A stretch of DNA of 64,000 bases from NCBI GenBank assembly GCA_038897215.1, contig JAWAWX010000001.1:512001-576000 (forward strand), in the 5' to 3' direction. Source of the DNA: Acidilobaceae archaeon (lineage in GTDB: Archaea; Thermoproteota; Thermoprotei_A; Sulfolobales; Acidilobaceae). A model generated the notes under the pieces. That model searched no databases. It was not told the origin of the DNA and worked only from the letters and a program-made list of their open reading frames with translations. Shown piece by piece: positions 63,753-64,000 of this stretch (position 1 is its first letter; the number at the start of each line of letters is the position of its first letter). The translations under genes were made by a program, and so were the position numbers.

Positions 63753-64000
63753 CTAGTCTAGGTCGAGCTTACTGCTTGAAGTTGGTTTCTCCTCCTCTTC
63801 TTCCTTTTTCTCTTTCTCCTTCTCCTTCTTTGGTGGCGCTGCAGCTATCACGTCGTCTATCTTTAACACGCTTATAGCTACTTCTGCAGCGCTTTTGACT
63901 ACCTGCTTCTTGACGAGAAGCGGCTCGAAGACTCCTAGGCTTAGCATGTCTTCTGAGAGCTTACCTCCTAGCACATTAACGCCCGCTTTGATATTACCTT
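63753..64000 (-). CDS. ths: Thermosome (group II chaperonin) subunit, C-terminal fragment
   Basis: DMLSLGVFEPLLVKKQVVKSAAEVAISVLKIDDVIAA plus a charged tail; continues past the window end. Confidence 0.93.
   Translation of the reverse strand, partial: GNIKAGVNVLGGKLSEDMLSLGVFEPLLVKKQVVKSAAEVAISVLKIDDVIAAAPPKKEKEKEKKEEEEEKPTSSSKLDLD

Overview
Core-genome segment of a hyperthermophilic crenarchaeon. It is Desulfurococcales/Acidilobales-like, judged from the single RpoB, split RpoA'/A'', crenarchaeal SSB, Ced system and Aeropyrum-like Icd. It carries tetrapyrrole genes (hemC-cobA-hemD), icd, guaB, SAM synthetase, glmM, trpB2, rnhB, trm10, nep1, a cedA1-cedA-cedB DNA-exchange locus, the rpoH-B-A'-A''-L30e-nusA-S12 operon, gap/pgk, EF-1alpha-S10, a RavA/ViaA-like pair, ssb, rps7 and a thermosome 3' end. 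Four complete tRNA genes are present: Ala-GGC, Thr-CGT with a 22-nt intron, Lys-CTT and Ser-GGA. I found no CRISPR array, transposase or integrase. The main result is a split, apparently trans-spliced tRNA-Gln(UUG). Its 3' half (53351-53411) and 5' half (61478-61534) lie about 8 kb apart in permuted order. Each has its own TATA box, and their complementary GC-rich leader and trailer build an intermolecular bulge-helix-bulge at position 37/38. Secondary leads: a membrane-anchored thermonuclease beside the Ced locus, an enlarged CedA, candidate C/D-box sRNAs, a YqgF-like nuclease, and several +1 frameshifts that may be assembly errors.
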